A stretch of 64,000 bases of DNA, from contig NC_043012.1 in assembly GCF_006345805.1 (NCBI RefSeq), positions 40,982,001 through 41,046,000 on the forward strand, in the 5' to 3' direction. The position numbers were made by a program, and so were the translations under genes. The stretch comes from Octopus sinensis (taxonomy: Eukaryota). The notes under the pieces are model-generated. The model was not told the origin of the DNA. It ran no database searches and worked only from the letters and a program-made list of their open reading frames with translations. Position 1 is the stretch's first letter. Each line of letters opens with the position of its first letter. Below are positions 52,069 to 63,993 of the stretch, one piece after another.

Positions 52069-52108
52069 CCACTGAAGAGGTAAAATCTTACCGAAACACC
52101 GTGTATGG
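52069..52108 (+). ncRNA. Minimal type I hammerhead ribozyme motif, all core positions canonical
   Basis: CCA CTGAAGA GGTAA-AATC-TTACC GAAA CACCGTG TA TGG: 3-bp stem I, 5-bp stem II starting with G-C, stem III ACAC-C-GTGT, GUA site after 52105. Confidence 0.8.
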
Positions 52109-52253
52109 TGGTAATCGTCTGACATTATTTGGAGCTCGGATCGTTGTATTTTTACACACAAAGACATGAAGTCTGTAGAAAGTTTTCCTTCCAAACAAAT
52201 TCCGGTAGCAACTGCAACTGGTGTACAAGAATGTATTTAAAGTAGACCACTTC

Positions 52254-52340
<87 letters not shown>

Positions 52341-53379
52341 ACACAATTATATGTGTGTGTATATGTACACATACCACAGAATACGTAATGATATTTGAGG
52401 AATATTTTAAACAATGATTAGACGGGTAATAAATAATAAATCACAAATAAAATATTAATTAAATTTAAATTTTTCAATATTTAATCAGCCTTCCCAGTGC
52501 TCTCATTAGTAAATACTGATCATCAAGAAATGATCAATTAGAAATAATTTAATTATGCTGATTATCCTAATCCCCTGATAAACGACTTCACAGTTTTCAA
52601 TATTGGTTATTTAACGTTATGGAAGTACAAGGCTTTGAAGAGTTTTGTTGGAATATAATTATAAAAGAATGCCGATGCATTGTGGGTTCTGACGGCGATA
52701 TGTGAATTTGCTTAGGAGTATCGCTGACTCTATAGCCAACCATACTGTCAAGATACTTTATAAATGTTATAACTTTCAACAATAGGTGGGCGGAGCATTG
52801 TATAACTGACGAGTGTTGATTTTGGTTCTTTCTCTACATTTGCCGCTACAACATTGTTGTTATTGTTGTTGTTGTTGGTGTTGTTTACCTCTAGTCTAAC
52901 TTGGCTGAACATTCCATAGACCTTTCAGCCGTGACCACCCAAGTCATTTTAGGGTAGTTCAGGATTACATCAGCAAATGTGATCTTTCGTTTTCTTCTTT
53001 TTATGATAACAGCGTGTGATCTGTTAGCTCTGGCTTACATCCTCCTGACGTCGATAAAATAACGAACCTGCTAAATCCTGGGGGCGATTTAATCAGCTAA
53101 TGCCTTCCAACACTAAGTTTATGGCTGATATGAGAGACATTTATTTGAAAATTAGATAAGACAGTGGACTAGTTGAATTGGTAAAATTACAGATAACATT
53201 TCTGCCAGAATTTATCGGCTGTTCTGAGTTCAAAACCTGCTGATGTCAAATTTTTATTTATTCTTTTAAAATAAAGCACCACACAATTACTGCGGTTTGT
53301 CTTAATCAACTAAACACCTCATACAAAATTTGTGGTTTTTTTATGTTAAAAATTTTTGTTACAAAACTAGATAAAATAA

Positions 53380-53580
53380 TGATTTTTTTCAATATAGGCA
53401 CAACACCAGAAATTTTGAGGGGAAGGGCTTGATTGATATCAACGACCTCAGTACATGACTGGTACTTTATCGTATTAACCACCGAGAGATAAAAGGTAAA
53501 GTTGACCTCGGCAGGATTTCCAATCATGGGTCTGACCAAATACTGTGAAGCCATTTTATCCGATGCTCTTCAGATTCTGA
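53380..53580 (-). mobile_element. Family A SINE, diverged
   Basis: gaaattttgaggggaagg..gactggtacttta..aaaggtaaagttgacctcggcaggattt. Confidence 0.6.
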
Positions 53581-54278
53581 TAATGAAAGAAATATTATTT
53601 GTATTGTTTGTTTGTGTGTTTTATCGCCAGTTTCATTACGGTTTATTATTATTTTTTAATTACAGTTTATTTTGTTTTCTTTCATAGGGTCGCAAGAATC
53701 AGTGGTATGAATCTTTTTGGAGGCATACACGAGCACCACCTGGTGGCGCACCATGGCAACAATGGATCACTCCCATACAATAGAGATTCAAGAAAAAGAA
53801 GAAATGATTCAGTTATAGGAACTCTTCTGGAATTTTTCCCTCATTCGGAATTTCCATAGTGTTTTTGGTTTCGGGGTTTTGGGGTTTGTTGGCCGCCTCT
53901 CATCTGACCCCTTCCTCAGTTTTCTTTTTTATCCTTTGCTTATTTTATAATTCACGCCTCCTCTTTCTCCCCTTCTTTTCCTCCCCACCCCTCTTCCACT
54001 TCCTCCACTTCCGCCTCAGCCTCCTCCTCCTTTTCCTCTTGCTCTTCTCTTTCTTCTTCTTCTTCTTCTTCTTCTTCTTCTACTTCTTCTTCTTCTTCCT
54101 CCTCCTCCTCCTCCTCCTCTTCTTCTGTTTGTTGTTTTCTTTTTCTGTACTATCATTATTAGATTATAAGTATTATTTTAATTCTATAACATCTTTACAC
54201 CCACACTCAAACGTCCACCTACAAACACACACGCACGTACGCACACACACACATACATACAAACACACAAACACACGC

Positions 54279-54310
<32 letters not shown>

Positions 54311-54419
54311 AGGCCTTATTCTAATTAGTTTTTATAGTGCCTGGTGCCTCTTTACCTTCAGTTTTTCTTTCTGATTGATGTGACCCCTTCGTAGGGGTCT
54401 GGTATGTCTCAGCCAAGCA

Positions 54420-55556
54420 ATGCCCCGACGTTGTTTACAACAAAAATCAACATTGCCCTTTCAGTCGCTGTCTTCCCCAACAGGTTCCCCGAAGGTTTTG
54501 TCCCCTATAACCACCCTGCCTCCTCCCGGTTCTCCCCCGACCCCTTCTCCCCCAAATTCCCCCACCGCTACAGCTCTGCTTTCTGGCATACCCCTAGAGC
54601 CACGTCGAAAAGAACCTATAACGGCTGCTTCCACCATCGTTTCGAATATTAATCTCACACCACCCCCTCATTTGCCGCCGCCGGCAGCGGCGCAGGGTTC
54701 AAGTACGGCTTCCGGTACCCCTCCCATGACACTGACGTCAATAACTTCGAAGACCACAACGACGACTACGAATGCGACCACTGCTGCAACGACGGGCGCT
54801 GCTGCCGTCGCTGCAGCCGCTGCAGTGGTGCTTCCAACGTCAGCAACGCCTCTTCCTTTATTGTCACTACCCCGCAATTCACACCCATCAATTAATACAT
54901 CATTATTCACCTCCAATAAAACCAACAACAGCAGCAGCAACAACAATAACTGTCCGTTTGCCGCAGCAAGTTCCTCCTTCGCCTCTGCTAACGCTTCTTC
55001 AGTTGCTAATGGTAGTAAAATCGCAGCCTTCATCCGAATGTCGCAACAATATCAAGACACATCGAAACCAAAATTAACGTCGACGAATTCATCCCGTACG
55101 ATGGGTGGTAGGATATTTCAGCGGCGATCTGCTGTCACTCGATCTAATATGAATACCGGACGGCGTTATTCAACTCGAGATAATACGGAAGAGAAGGAAA
55201 AGGTAGCCAGAAGTATATTTGGTGACGTCCCGTTGACGGGCCTGGAGCGGCGTTTCTTGACGGCAGCGACGGACGGTAATTTAGCTGAGATAAAGCAATG
55301 CATCATGGAAGGCGTAAATGTCAACTGCAGGGATTACCTGGGACGTACGGCACTGCAGTTGGCATTGCAAGGAGATCATTATGACGCAACTAAGTTTCTA
55401 CTTGATCACTGTACCTTGGATGTTATTGAAGAAGGTTTGTTGCACGCTATCAAGCTGGAGAATGTACGAATTTGTGACATGTTTCTTAACCATCCCGTTT
55501 ATGCTGATGAAAGGAATCGGAGGAGATTAGAATTCCAGCATGGATTTTACGAACAG
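54420..55556 (+). CDS. TRPC: Coding exon of a TRPC-family (TRP/TRP-gamma/TRPC3-like) cation channel: low-complexity N-terminus plus ankyrin repeats
   Basis: LERRFLTAATDGN..NVNCRDYLGRTALQLA..LLHAIK....I..MFLNHP..FY matches the TRPC N-terminal ankyrin pattern. Donor GAACAG|GTAAAT at 55556/55557, phase 0 after 379 codons. Candidate acceptors at 54361 and 54394; the frame is open back to a stop at 54381, so the ATG may not be the true start. The symbol is family-level only. Confidence 0.9.
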
Positions 55557-55647
55557 GTAAATATACACGAATTGATATATATATATATATTATTTATTTA
55601 TTGATATTCATGTTATATTCCATAAATGTGTTGACCCTTCATATATA

Positions 55648-56041
55648 TCTTTATATATAAAAGTGAGGTTGTGTGCTGTCTGTCTCCTACGATTTAGATT
55701 CCTAACTACTCCCACATTTTGCGGTGCAGTTTAACCAAAACCGGGTATCTTATAGTCGTGATTCATATCGAGCCCTTCTGGGTATTAGCGCGCGTCTATG
55801 ATGAGTCTACGATTTAAAAAAAAAATTACCATCAATTTTTCCCATTTTAATGCATTTTTGGCATATATAAGGGAAGTAACTCTCTAAAAATTTATTATTA
55901 AATCTCAGAACGTAAAAAGCTACAGTAACCCCCCCCTTTGTGGTTTGCCATATTGAGATGGCTATTATACTTTACATCTCTAAAAATGCTTATATAGTTA
56001 TTTCCCTTACAAACGCGAGCAACGCCGGGCGATACTGCTAG
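55648..56041 (+). mobile_element. Non-autonomous Helitron-like element
   Basis: Begins A|TCTTTATATATAAAAG and ends ..gcgagcaacgccgggcgatactgCTAG|T with a GC-rich subterminal motif. No target-site duplication or terminal inverted repeats. Confidence 0.65.
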
Positions 56042-56152
56042 TCTTTATACATAAATAATTTATTTATCGATATTCATGTTATATTTTATAAATGCATTCA
56101 AAACACACGAAAACTGTAGTGAACTTCAGTTAGACATCCATATATATATATA

Positions 56153-56397
56153 AAAGGGTAAAGACCCATCCTTCGGTCATGAATGACCATGGGATTGCCC
56201 CGAGAGAGTTCCCCTCCGAGGCACAAGGCCGGGCTAGGTTTTTTATTGAAGACTTTTCCTGCAGCTTGGTAAAGTGGAGCAATGTGAAATGAAGTGTGTT
56301 GCTCAAGAACACAACAGACAACATGGTCTGAGAATCGAACTCACTACCTCATGATTGTGAGCCCGACGCTCTTAACCAGTGAGCCATGCGCCTTCAC
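56153..56397 (-). mobile_element. tRNA-derived SINE, family D-type head with a third tail type (E)
   Basis: Reverse complement gtgaaggcgcatggctcactggttaagagcg..gagttcgattctcag..ttcttgagcaacacacttcatttcacattgctcca..; tail ends ..gaccgaaggatgggtctttaccc. Confidence 0.7.
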
Positions 56398-56399
56398 AC

Positions 56400-56440
<41 letters not shown>

Positions 56441-56729
56441 CACATATATACATATGCGTCTGTATGCATGAGTACTATTGCATAATATGTATATGTGTGT
56501 ATGTGTGTATTCTCTTAAATTTTTACTTATTTTTCATATTGTATTATAATATCATTTACAAAATACGAAAGAGATTTAAATGGCCATAAATTTATGTTGT
56601 AAAGCTGCTACAGTAACACAACAGCCCAACAACTAACAACAGAAATAAAACAGACATGACTATTGACGAAGGGTAAGTTGAAGAGGAGTGTGGTCCATTA
56701 CATATATATACCATATATATTTAGGTAGG

Positions 56730-56811
56730 AATATATATATATAGATATATACATACATATATATATATATATATATGTATGCTATATTATATATATATAT
56801 ATGTATATACT

Positions 56812-56854
<43 letters not shown>

Positions 56855-56911
56855 AATATGTATATATATTATATATGTATATATATACATACATATATAT
56901 ATATATATATA

Positions 56912-56944
<33 letters not shown>

Positions 56945-57482
56945 ATATATGTATATATATATTATATGGATATATATATATTATGTCTATGTATATGTAT
57001 ATATATATATATATTGATATATATATATGTTAATATTATATATATAATAATATATATATATATATATATTGTATATGTTTGTGTTCATATATATATATAT
57101 ATATATATGTTATATATTATATATATATGTGTATTATATATATATATGTTGTATAGATATTATATGTCGTATATGTATATATATATTGATGAAAAGTGGA
57201 GTATAATGAAAGGAGATGGTATTAAGGAATTCTGTTACGGATTATTGATGTTTAAATCAATCAAGTTATTATTAAATGTAAATGTGGGATTTTGAGAAAC
57301 GAGCTTGGGGAAGGGGGGATAACCGAAGATATTAGGTGTGGATTGGGATCCAGCAAAATATAAATAAAATGTTTGCACAATATATTCATTTTTGTCTTTT
57401 TGTATAGACACATACGTATTATTTATATGCATGCATGTGTGTGTATATTGTGTATATATATATAATATATTATATATGTATG

Positions 57483-57515
<33 letters not shown>

Positions 57516-57538
57516 TCTATATATATATATATATAATA

Positions 57539-57572
<34 letters not shown>

Positions 57573-57602
57573 ATGTATATATATATATTATATATATGGT
57601 AT

Positions 57603-57633
<31 letters not shown>

Positions 57634-57683
57634 CATAAATTATATATATATATATATCAATATATATATATATATATATAAAT

Positions 57684-57718
<35 letters not shown>

Positions 57719-58107
57719 AAATATGAATATATATATATATATATAATATAAATATATATATATGTATATATATATATGTATAATATATATATATAATATA
57801 TATATAATTATATATATATGTATGTATATATAATATGTATCTATATATATATATGTATATATATATTATGTATATATATATATATATATATTCATACATA
57901 TAAATATATATATATTATATATACATACATGTACACAGGCATATAGATATATATATGCATACATATAAATATATATATATATATATATATACATACATTA
58001 CACAGGCATATATAATATATATATATATGCATACATATAAATATATATATATACATACATACATGTACACAGGCATATATATATATACATACCTATATTA
58101 CACAGGC

Positions 58108-58140
<33 letters not shown>

Positions 58141-58445
58141 ATATATATGCATACATATAAATTATATATATATATACATACATAATGTACACAGGCATAT
58201 ATATATATCTATATATATATATATATATATATATGCATACATATAAATATATATTATAATATACATACTACATGTACAACAGGCATATATATTATATATA
58301 TATATGCATACATATAAATATATATATATATCTATACATACATTACATGTACACAGGCATATATATGTATATATATATATACAGACATATATGTGTATAT
58401 ATATATATACAATATATACACAGGCATATATATGTATATGTGTGC
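56730..58445. repeat. Very long TA-rich degenerate microsatellite region, interrupted at ~57190-57420
   Basis: Read directly; the distal part contains a recurring acacaggcat unit. Confidence 0.9.
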
Positions 58446-60269
58446 GTATGTAGATGATATAAGCATTAGTAATTTGTTTCCCCCCACTGTGTCGGCGTCC
58501 CATCCTTTCGGGCCGCTAACCTTATATTTTGATTCAACATCGTTACTATTATCTTAACATCAGTCGACTTAGAGAAGAAGAAGAAGAAGAAGAAGAAGAA
58601 GAAGAAGAAGAAGATGAATATAGAATCAGGTTTCTAGTATAAATAGCACCGATATCTGAATTACGATAATAAAACTACCAATTCTAGCTTGGAGATGATA
58701 ATTTCCCGTTATTGTATTTACACAATGCCCCAAGACACCGAAATTAAACTTGTATTGAAACGGGCTCATCATGTCTTTATGATTACGAACGGAAAAAAAA
58801 AATAGTAAGGGTGGAATAAAGAAATGGAGTTACGCTCTTAATCCTACACAATCCATTACAATTTTTGTTTCACATATAATATTGATTTGGAAGTCAAGGA
58901 AAAGTATTGTGTGTCTATATTCTCAATAGGCAGAGTTGTAGTAAATATTGATCAGCGACTGTTTGTATATCTTTGTATCTTTCTCTCCACGAATATCCTC
59001 CGTTTCTCTCCTTTATCTTGCCAATTGTTACTCAGATGTATTTGTCTGATAAGCAACTAAGCTAACAGAAAAATAAAGAAGAAAAAAGATTTATTTTACT
59101 CTCTCCCTCTCTCTTGTTTTCAAAACTAAACAACAAAAAGCTCTATAATTGTCTCGCCTCTATATTCACTTACGTAATATGATTATAGGCTATTTTTAAA
59201 TACCATCTCCGCTATGTATTTTATGGTGGTTTGTAGAAGATGGCTTCTAGGTAAATACTTCAACGACAAAAGTAAACTTTGAAATAGATTTCAGTAAATA
59301 ATGTTTTGTTTTCCTTTCAGTTCGTGACAATATATTTTTATTGCCATATATACATCAATATTATAAATTTCAATTGAAATATAGAAGTTATTAAAATCTT
59401 CGTCGTTAACGAATAGCAAAAATGTTATGACTGACAGCTTAAAAATAGTTTCTGGCGTCGCCTAAGTTCAGTTTGTTGTTGGCCTCAGTCCTACTGATAC
59501 AGATCGATAAATAACCATAAGAAACCGACGGACAACTGTTGTTCAGAAGCTAAATTTAAGTTACAGAAACCAGGCATACCTACTTCGATCTTATACGAGA
59601 GCATCGCATTCATTCGATTTCGTACAATTGCTTCTTTGGAAGAATGTTGAGACACTCCCGCTAAAAGGGTGCCAAAAAGTGTATCCAAATGCGTCTCTGG
59701 TTTTAAAGAGATGTAATTTAAGCCTTTTGAAGATTCAAATTCAACCTTGAGTGTTCCAAACACCCAGGTCATTTATAATATTATAATACACAACTAGGAT
59801 TGACAAAACAATGTTAGAGAAGGAAGTCTGAAGTTTGACATTTGAAGAAATAGGTCCTGTTGAGCCAAGAAGACGAAAACTTACAACCCGACAAACTAAT
59901 CACCTAACCATTACACGGTTAATTGACCTGGTAGAATTAGCAGTCAAATCTTTTTCAAATCATATACTCTACTGCCTTAAAAATAAAATTCTATATTTTT
60001 TGTAAGATTTAAAACATAAAGTCGTCTTTGTTTTAATGCACTCCAGGAAGTGGACCACTAACTTTATTTATTGGATCCATATTGAGCCACGATGTCAAAG
60101 CGACTAAGAAGCAACGGGGAAATCAGTTGGTTAACGGGAAAGGGGAAACCATTGTGCTGCAAGGCAGCCAAATCTGGTCACACACATATTTGCATTAAAA
60201 TTCCTTTGTATTGGGCTCCTAATGCAGGAGTTTGTTGAAAAACTTAATAGAATGCTTTTTATCCTAAGA

Positions 60270-61885
60270 GGCCAAGTGGGCAAAATGCTTAGCGATATAT
60301 CGTCCGTCTTTACGTTCTGGATTCAAATTCCGCCGAGGTCGACTTTGCTTTTCATCCAACGGCGCTCGATAAAATAAGTAGCAGTTGTACAGTGAGGTTG
60401 ATGTAATCGACTTACTCCTGCCAGAAATTGTTGGCCTTGTGCTAGAGTTTGAAACCAATGCTCTTAACACAGGTTGGCACCAGAATCATTGGCAAGACGG
60501 ACAAAATGCTCTGTGGCCTTTCTTCCAGCACTTTACGCTCTGAATTGAAATGCCGACGAGGGCAACGTAACCTTGCAGCCTTTGAGGGTTAATAAAATAA
60601 AGCACCAGACAAGATGTAAACGACTTGCAATCTACACTCAAACCTACTGGCCCTGGGCCAAATTTAGAAAGAATTAGTCTTGTTCCTTAATCCGAAGGAA
60701 GAAAAGAATTGGAAATTCGTTCATTTGAAACCAATATTTCAGTTTTAAAAGAATTACAGAGCGACAAATACATTTTCAAAGGAATAACAAACTATTTTTT
60801 TTCTGTATTTTGTTCTACTTTATCTGTATTTAACCTAACACTACACATCTAATGGTAGTTTCTAGTTTATCCCCACGACCAGCAATTTTGAGGATGATTA
60901 GGGTTAGTCGATAACTTTTACCCCGCCACTGATTTGTACTATATTCTATCGACCTCGGGAAAGATAAAATGCGACGTTGATTTGAACTCAGGACGTAATG
61001 AATCGGAAGACACACCGCGAGACATTTTGTCTGACGCACTGTACATTGTACACCCATTGTAATAATCCTTTAAGGCGTTGAACTGGCTGAAACTTTAGCA
61101 CGCCGGGCGAAATGCTTGGCGGCATTTCGTCTGTCTTTACGTTCTGAGTTCAAATTTCGCCTAGGACAACTTTGTCTTTCATACTTTCGGAGCCGATAAA
61201 TTAAGTACCAGTTGCATACTGGAGTCAATCTAATCGACTGGCCTTTTTGGAACCGATAAATTAAGTACCAGTTATGTACTGGGGTCGATCTAATCGACTG
61301 GCTCCCAAGTGTAGAAAAGATTATAATAATTCTTTCTTATTTTGGCACAGTTTCGAGGAAAGGGGTAGAATCAATAACATTCACCCCAGTACTTGCCTGG
61401 AGGGGTGTGAGGTAAAGTTTACTCCGGTGGAATTTGGACTCAGAACGCGCTAAGAATTTTCTCCACCTCATTAAGGATTCTGCTGGCTCACCAGATTTAC
61501 ACAACTAATAATCGTTTATACTAAAGGCACATGGCCTGAAATTTGGGAGGAGGGGACTAGTCGATTACGTGGACCCAAGTGTTTGACTGGTACTTAATTT
61601 ATCTATGTCGAAATGATGAAAGGTAAAGTCGACATCGGTGGAATTCGATCTCAGAACGTAGCGACGGGCGAAATACCTATTTCTTTACTACCCACAAGGG
61701 GCTAAACACGGAGAGGACAAACGGATTAAGTCGATTATATCTAACCCAGTGCGTAACTGGTACTTATTTAATCGACCCCGAAAGGATGAAAGGCAAAGTC
61801 GACCTCGGCGGAATTTGAACTCAGAAGGTAGCGGCCGACGAAATCCCGCTAAGCGTTTCGTCCAACGTGTAAACCATTCAGCTTC
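60270..61885. mobile_element. Dense cluster of family A SINEs in both orientations
   Basis: + copies at ~60270-60458, 60470-60670 and 61072-61310; - copies at ~60890-61030, 61330-61493 and 61515-61885 (dimeric). Confidence 0.8.
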
Positions 61886-61944
61886 ATCCCCCTCCTCAAC
61901 ATCAGCATTTACACCATCCATTTGTGGATCAAATATTCTGCCTG

Positions 61945-62890
61945 TTTAATGTTTAAACCGGTCAGATCTTTGCTCTCACATCTAGGCTGCAACGTCATTC
62001 TAAAAATATACAATCGCATCGTCGAAAACTCGAAATTACGAGATAACGCATGATTAACTCTTAAACGAGCCATATTCGGCCCGGATATTCTGTTTTATGT
62101 TCAAACCGGCCAGATCCAGCCTCTCGAATCTCTCCCATCACACCAAACCTACAACCACATTATCGAAATCACAAAATCTACGGGATAGTCTTTTCTACTC
62201 CAGGCACAAGGCCCGACATTTTTTGTTTGGGGTGGGGAGCCAGTTGATTACATCGATCCTAGTATGCAACTGTTACTTAATTTATCGACCCCGAAATGAT
62301 GAAAGGCAAAGTCGACCTCTGCAGAATTTGAACCCACCACTAAAAATATTAAGTGCCGAATCAGTTGTATTATTAAAGCGTCAGTTGAATTTCAGTTACT
62401 CTTTTCACTGCAGCTCGCAGCTTTGTGGGTTCGAATCCTATAGAAGTCATGTTTGCTTTTTTTTCTTTTTCGTTTTGGCATCGATAAATAGAGAACCAGT
62501 CGAGTACTAAGTTCAATTCTCCTCTCTGTCGGGATCCACCAAGTTGCTCTCTGCGGGAGAATACCATTAAGAATTATTCCCAGAATCGCTTTCTCCAAAA
62601 TCAGTGAAGCAGGGAGTGAGAGTGGTGGGGGACGAAAACAAACACAAAGTCACACACACACACATAGATATACATCTGTATATACTACGAGCTTCTTTCA
62701 GTTTCCGTCCATCAAATCCGCTTACATGGCTTTGGTCGGCTCGGGGCTATGGTAGAAAACAGAAAGCCAAGGTGTCACGCTAACGTTTCAGCCAGCTCGC
62801 CGCCAGAAACTACGAGATAATGCATCTTTAATGTAAAACAACGTGAATAAATGAAGCATTGCATTTGACAGAGTAATGTGAATGGTGAAG
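61945..62890. mobile_element. Fragments of another interspersed repeat (MITE-like) interrupted by SINE pieces
   Basis: Shared blocks aaaccgg(t/c)cagatc (61955, 62103) and gaaa(t/c)tacgagataa(c/t)gcat (62032, 62806). Confidence 0.4.
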
Positions 62891-63349
62891 AGCTTCTGTC
62901 AGCACAGTCGTTAGTTTTGTTTGTCTCCCCCTCGCAACTAAATTAGTGTTGTGTGATTAAAGATGTAACAGATCAATATCTATCAATTATACAAATACAA
63001 TATTTTATTAGAGCTAATGACTTATATTGACCAAGGAACTTCTCGAATTAAACCCCGCCATTGATATTTGTTTTGGACTTTTCCCGCGCTTCTCGTGGCT
63101 TCACTCATTGGGGTTGTGGTTACACCGAAACACCGACTTCGAGGGATTTAATCGATCAGATTGATTATATTGATCTAGTATTTATTCCAGCTTGTTTCCT
63201 ATTTTCCTCATCTCTATTTATCGATGTCACGGCTCATAAATGACAAAAACATAATCAAAATGATGGTTTGAACCGGTAGAAGCGTAAAACAAACATGGCC
63301 GCATATACGTACGCACAAATTCATACGGAGATATACACACGTATGTCAC

Positions 63350-63944
63350 TTTCTCTCTCTCTCTCTCATATATTATATATATAATATATATTAACACGTA
63401 TCTTTCTCTCTCTTTCTATTTTATATATATATATATCTGTTATATATACACACACACACATACATACATATATAAATTATATATATATATATTATATATA
63501 TATATATATAATATATACATACATACATATATATGCACACAGACACACACACACATTTTGTTTGCCTGGGGAGAGACTTTCTGTCTTAATGCCTTATTAA
63601 TCAACGCACTCACCGGTTCAATTTCCGCTCATTTACTTATCTATATTTTAAAAAATTTTCGTTGCTTCTCGCAGCCTCTCCAAGGGATGCGTCTTTTTGT
63701 TTGTGTGTATGTGTGTACGTCAGTGTGCATAAGTGTATACACATATGCATGTATGTATGCTTGCCTTCGTGTGTGTGTGTATGTATGTGTGTGTATATAT
63801 ATTTGTATGTGTCTCCTTGTCTGTGCATGTTTGAGTGTCTTTGCGCATGGGTTTCGGTGTATATATATATATATATGTAATATATATATATATGTATATT
63901 ATATATATATATTATATATATATATATATATATATTATATAATA

Positions 63945-63993
<49 letters not shown>

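Noticed and set aside
54461-55077. Antisense and alternative-frame ORFs overlapping the TRPC exon
   Set aside because: Expected by-products of GC-rich low-complexity coding sequence.
59491-59772. 93-aa minus-strand ORF, considered as a decayed RT or as the next TRPC exon
   Set aside because: Wrong strand for TRPC, the expected DITP.ILAA-type continuation was not found, and any RT resemblance is too weak.
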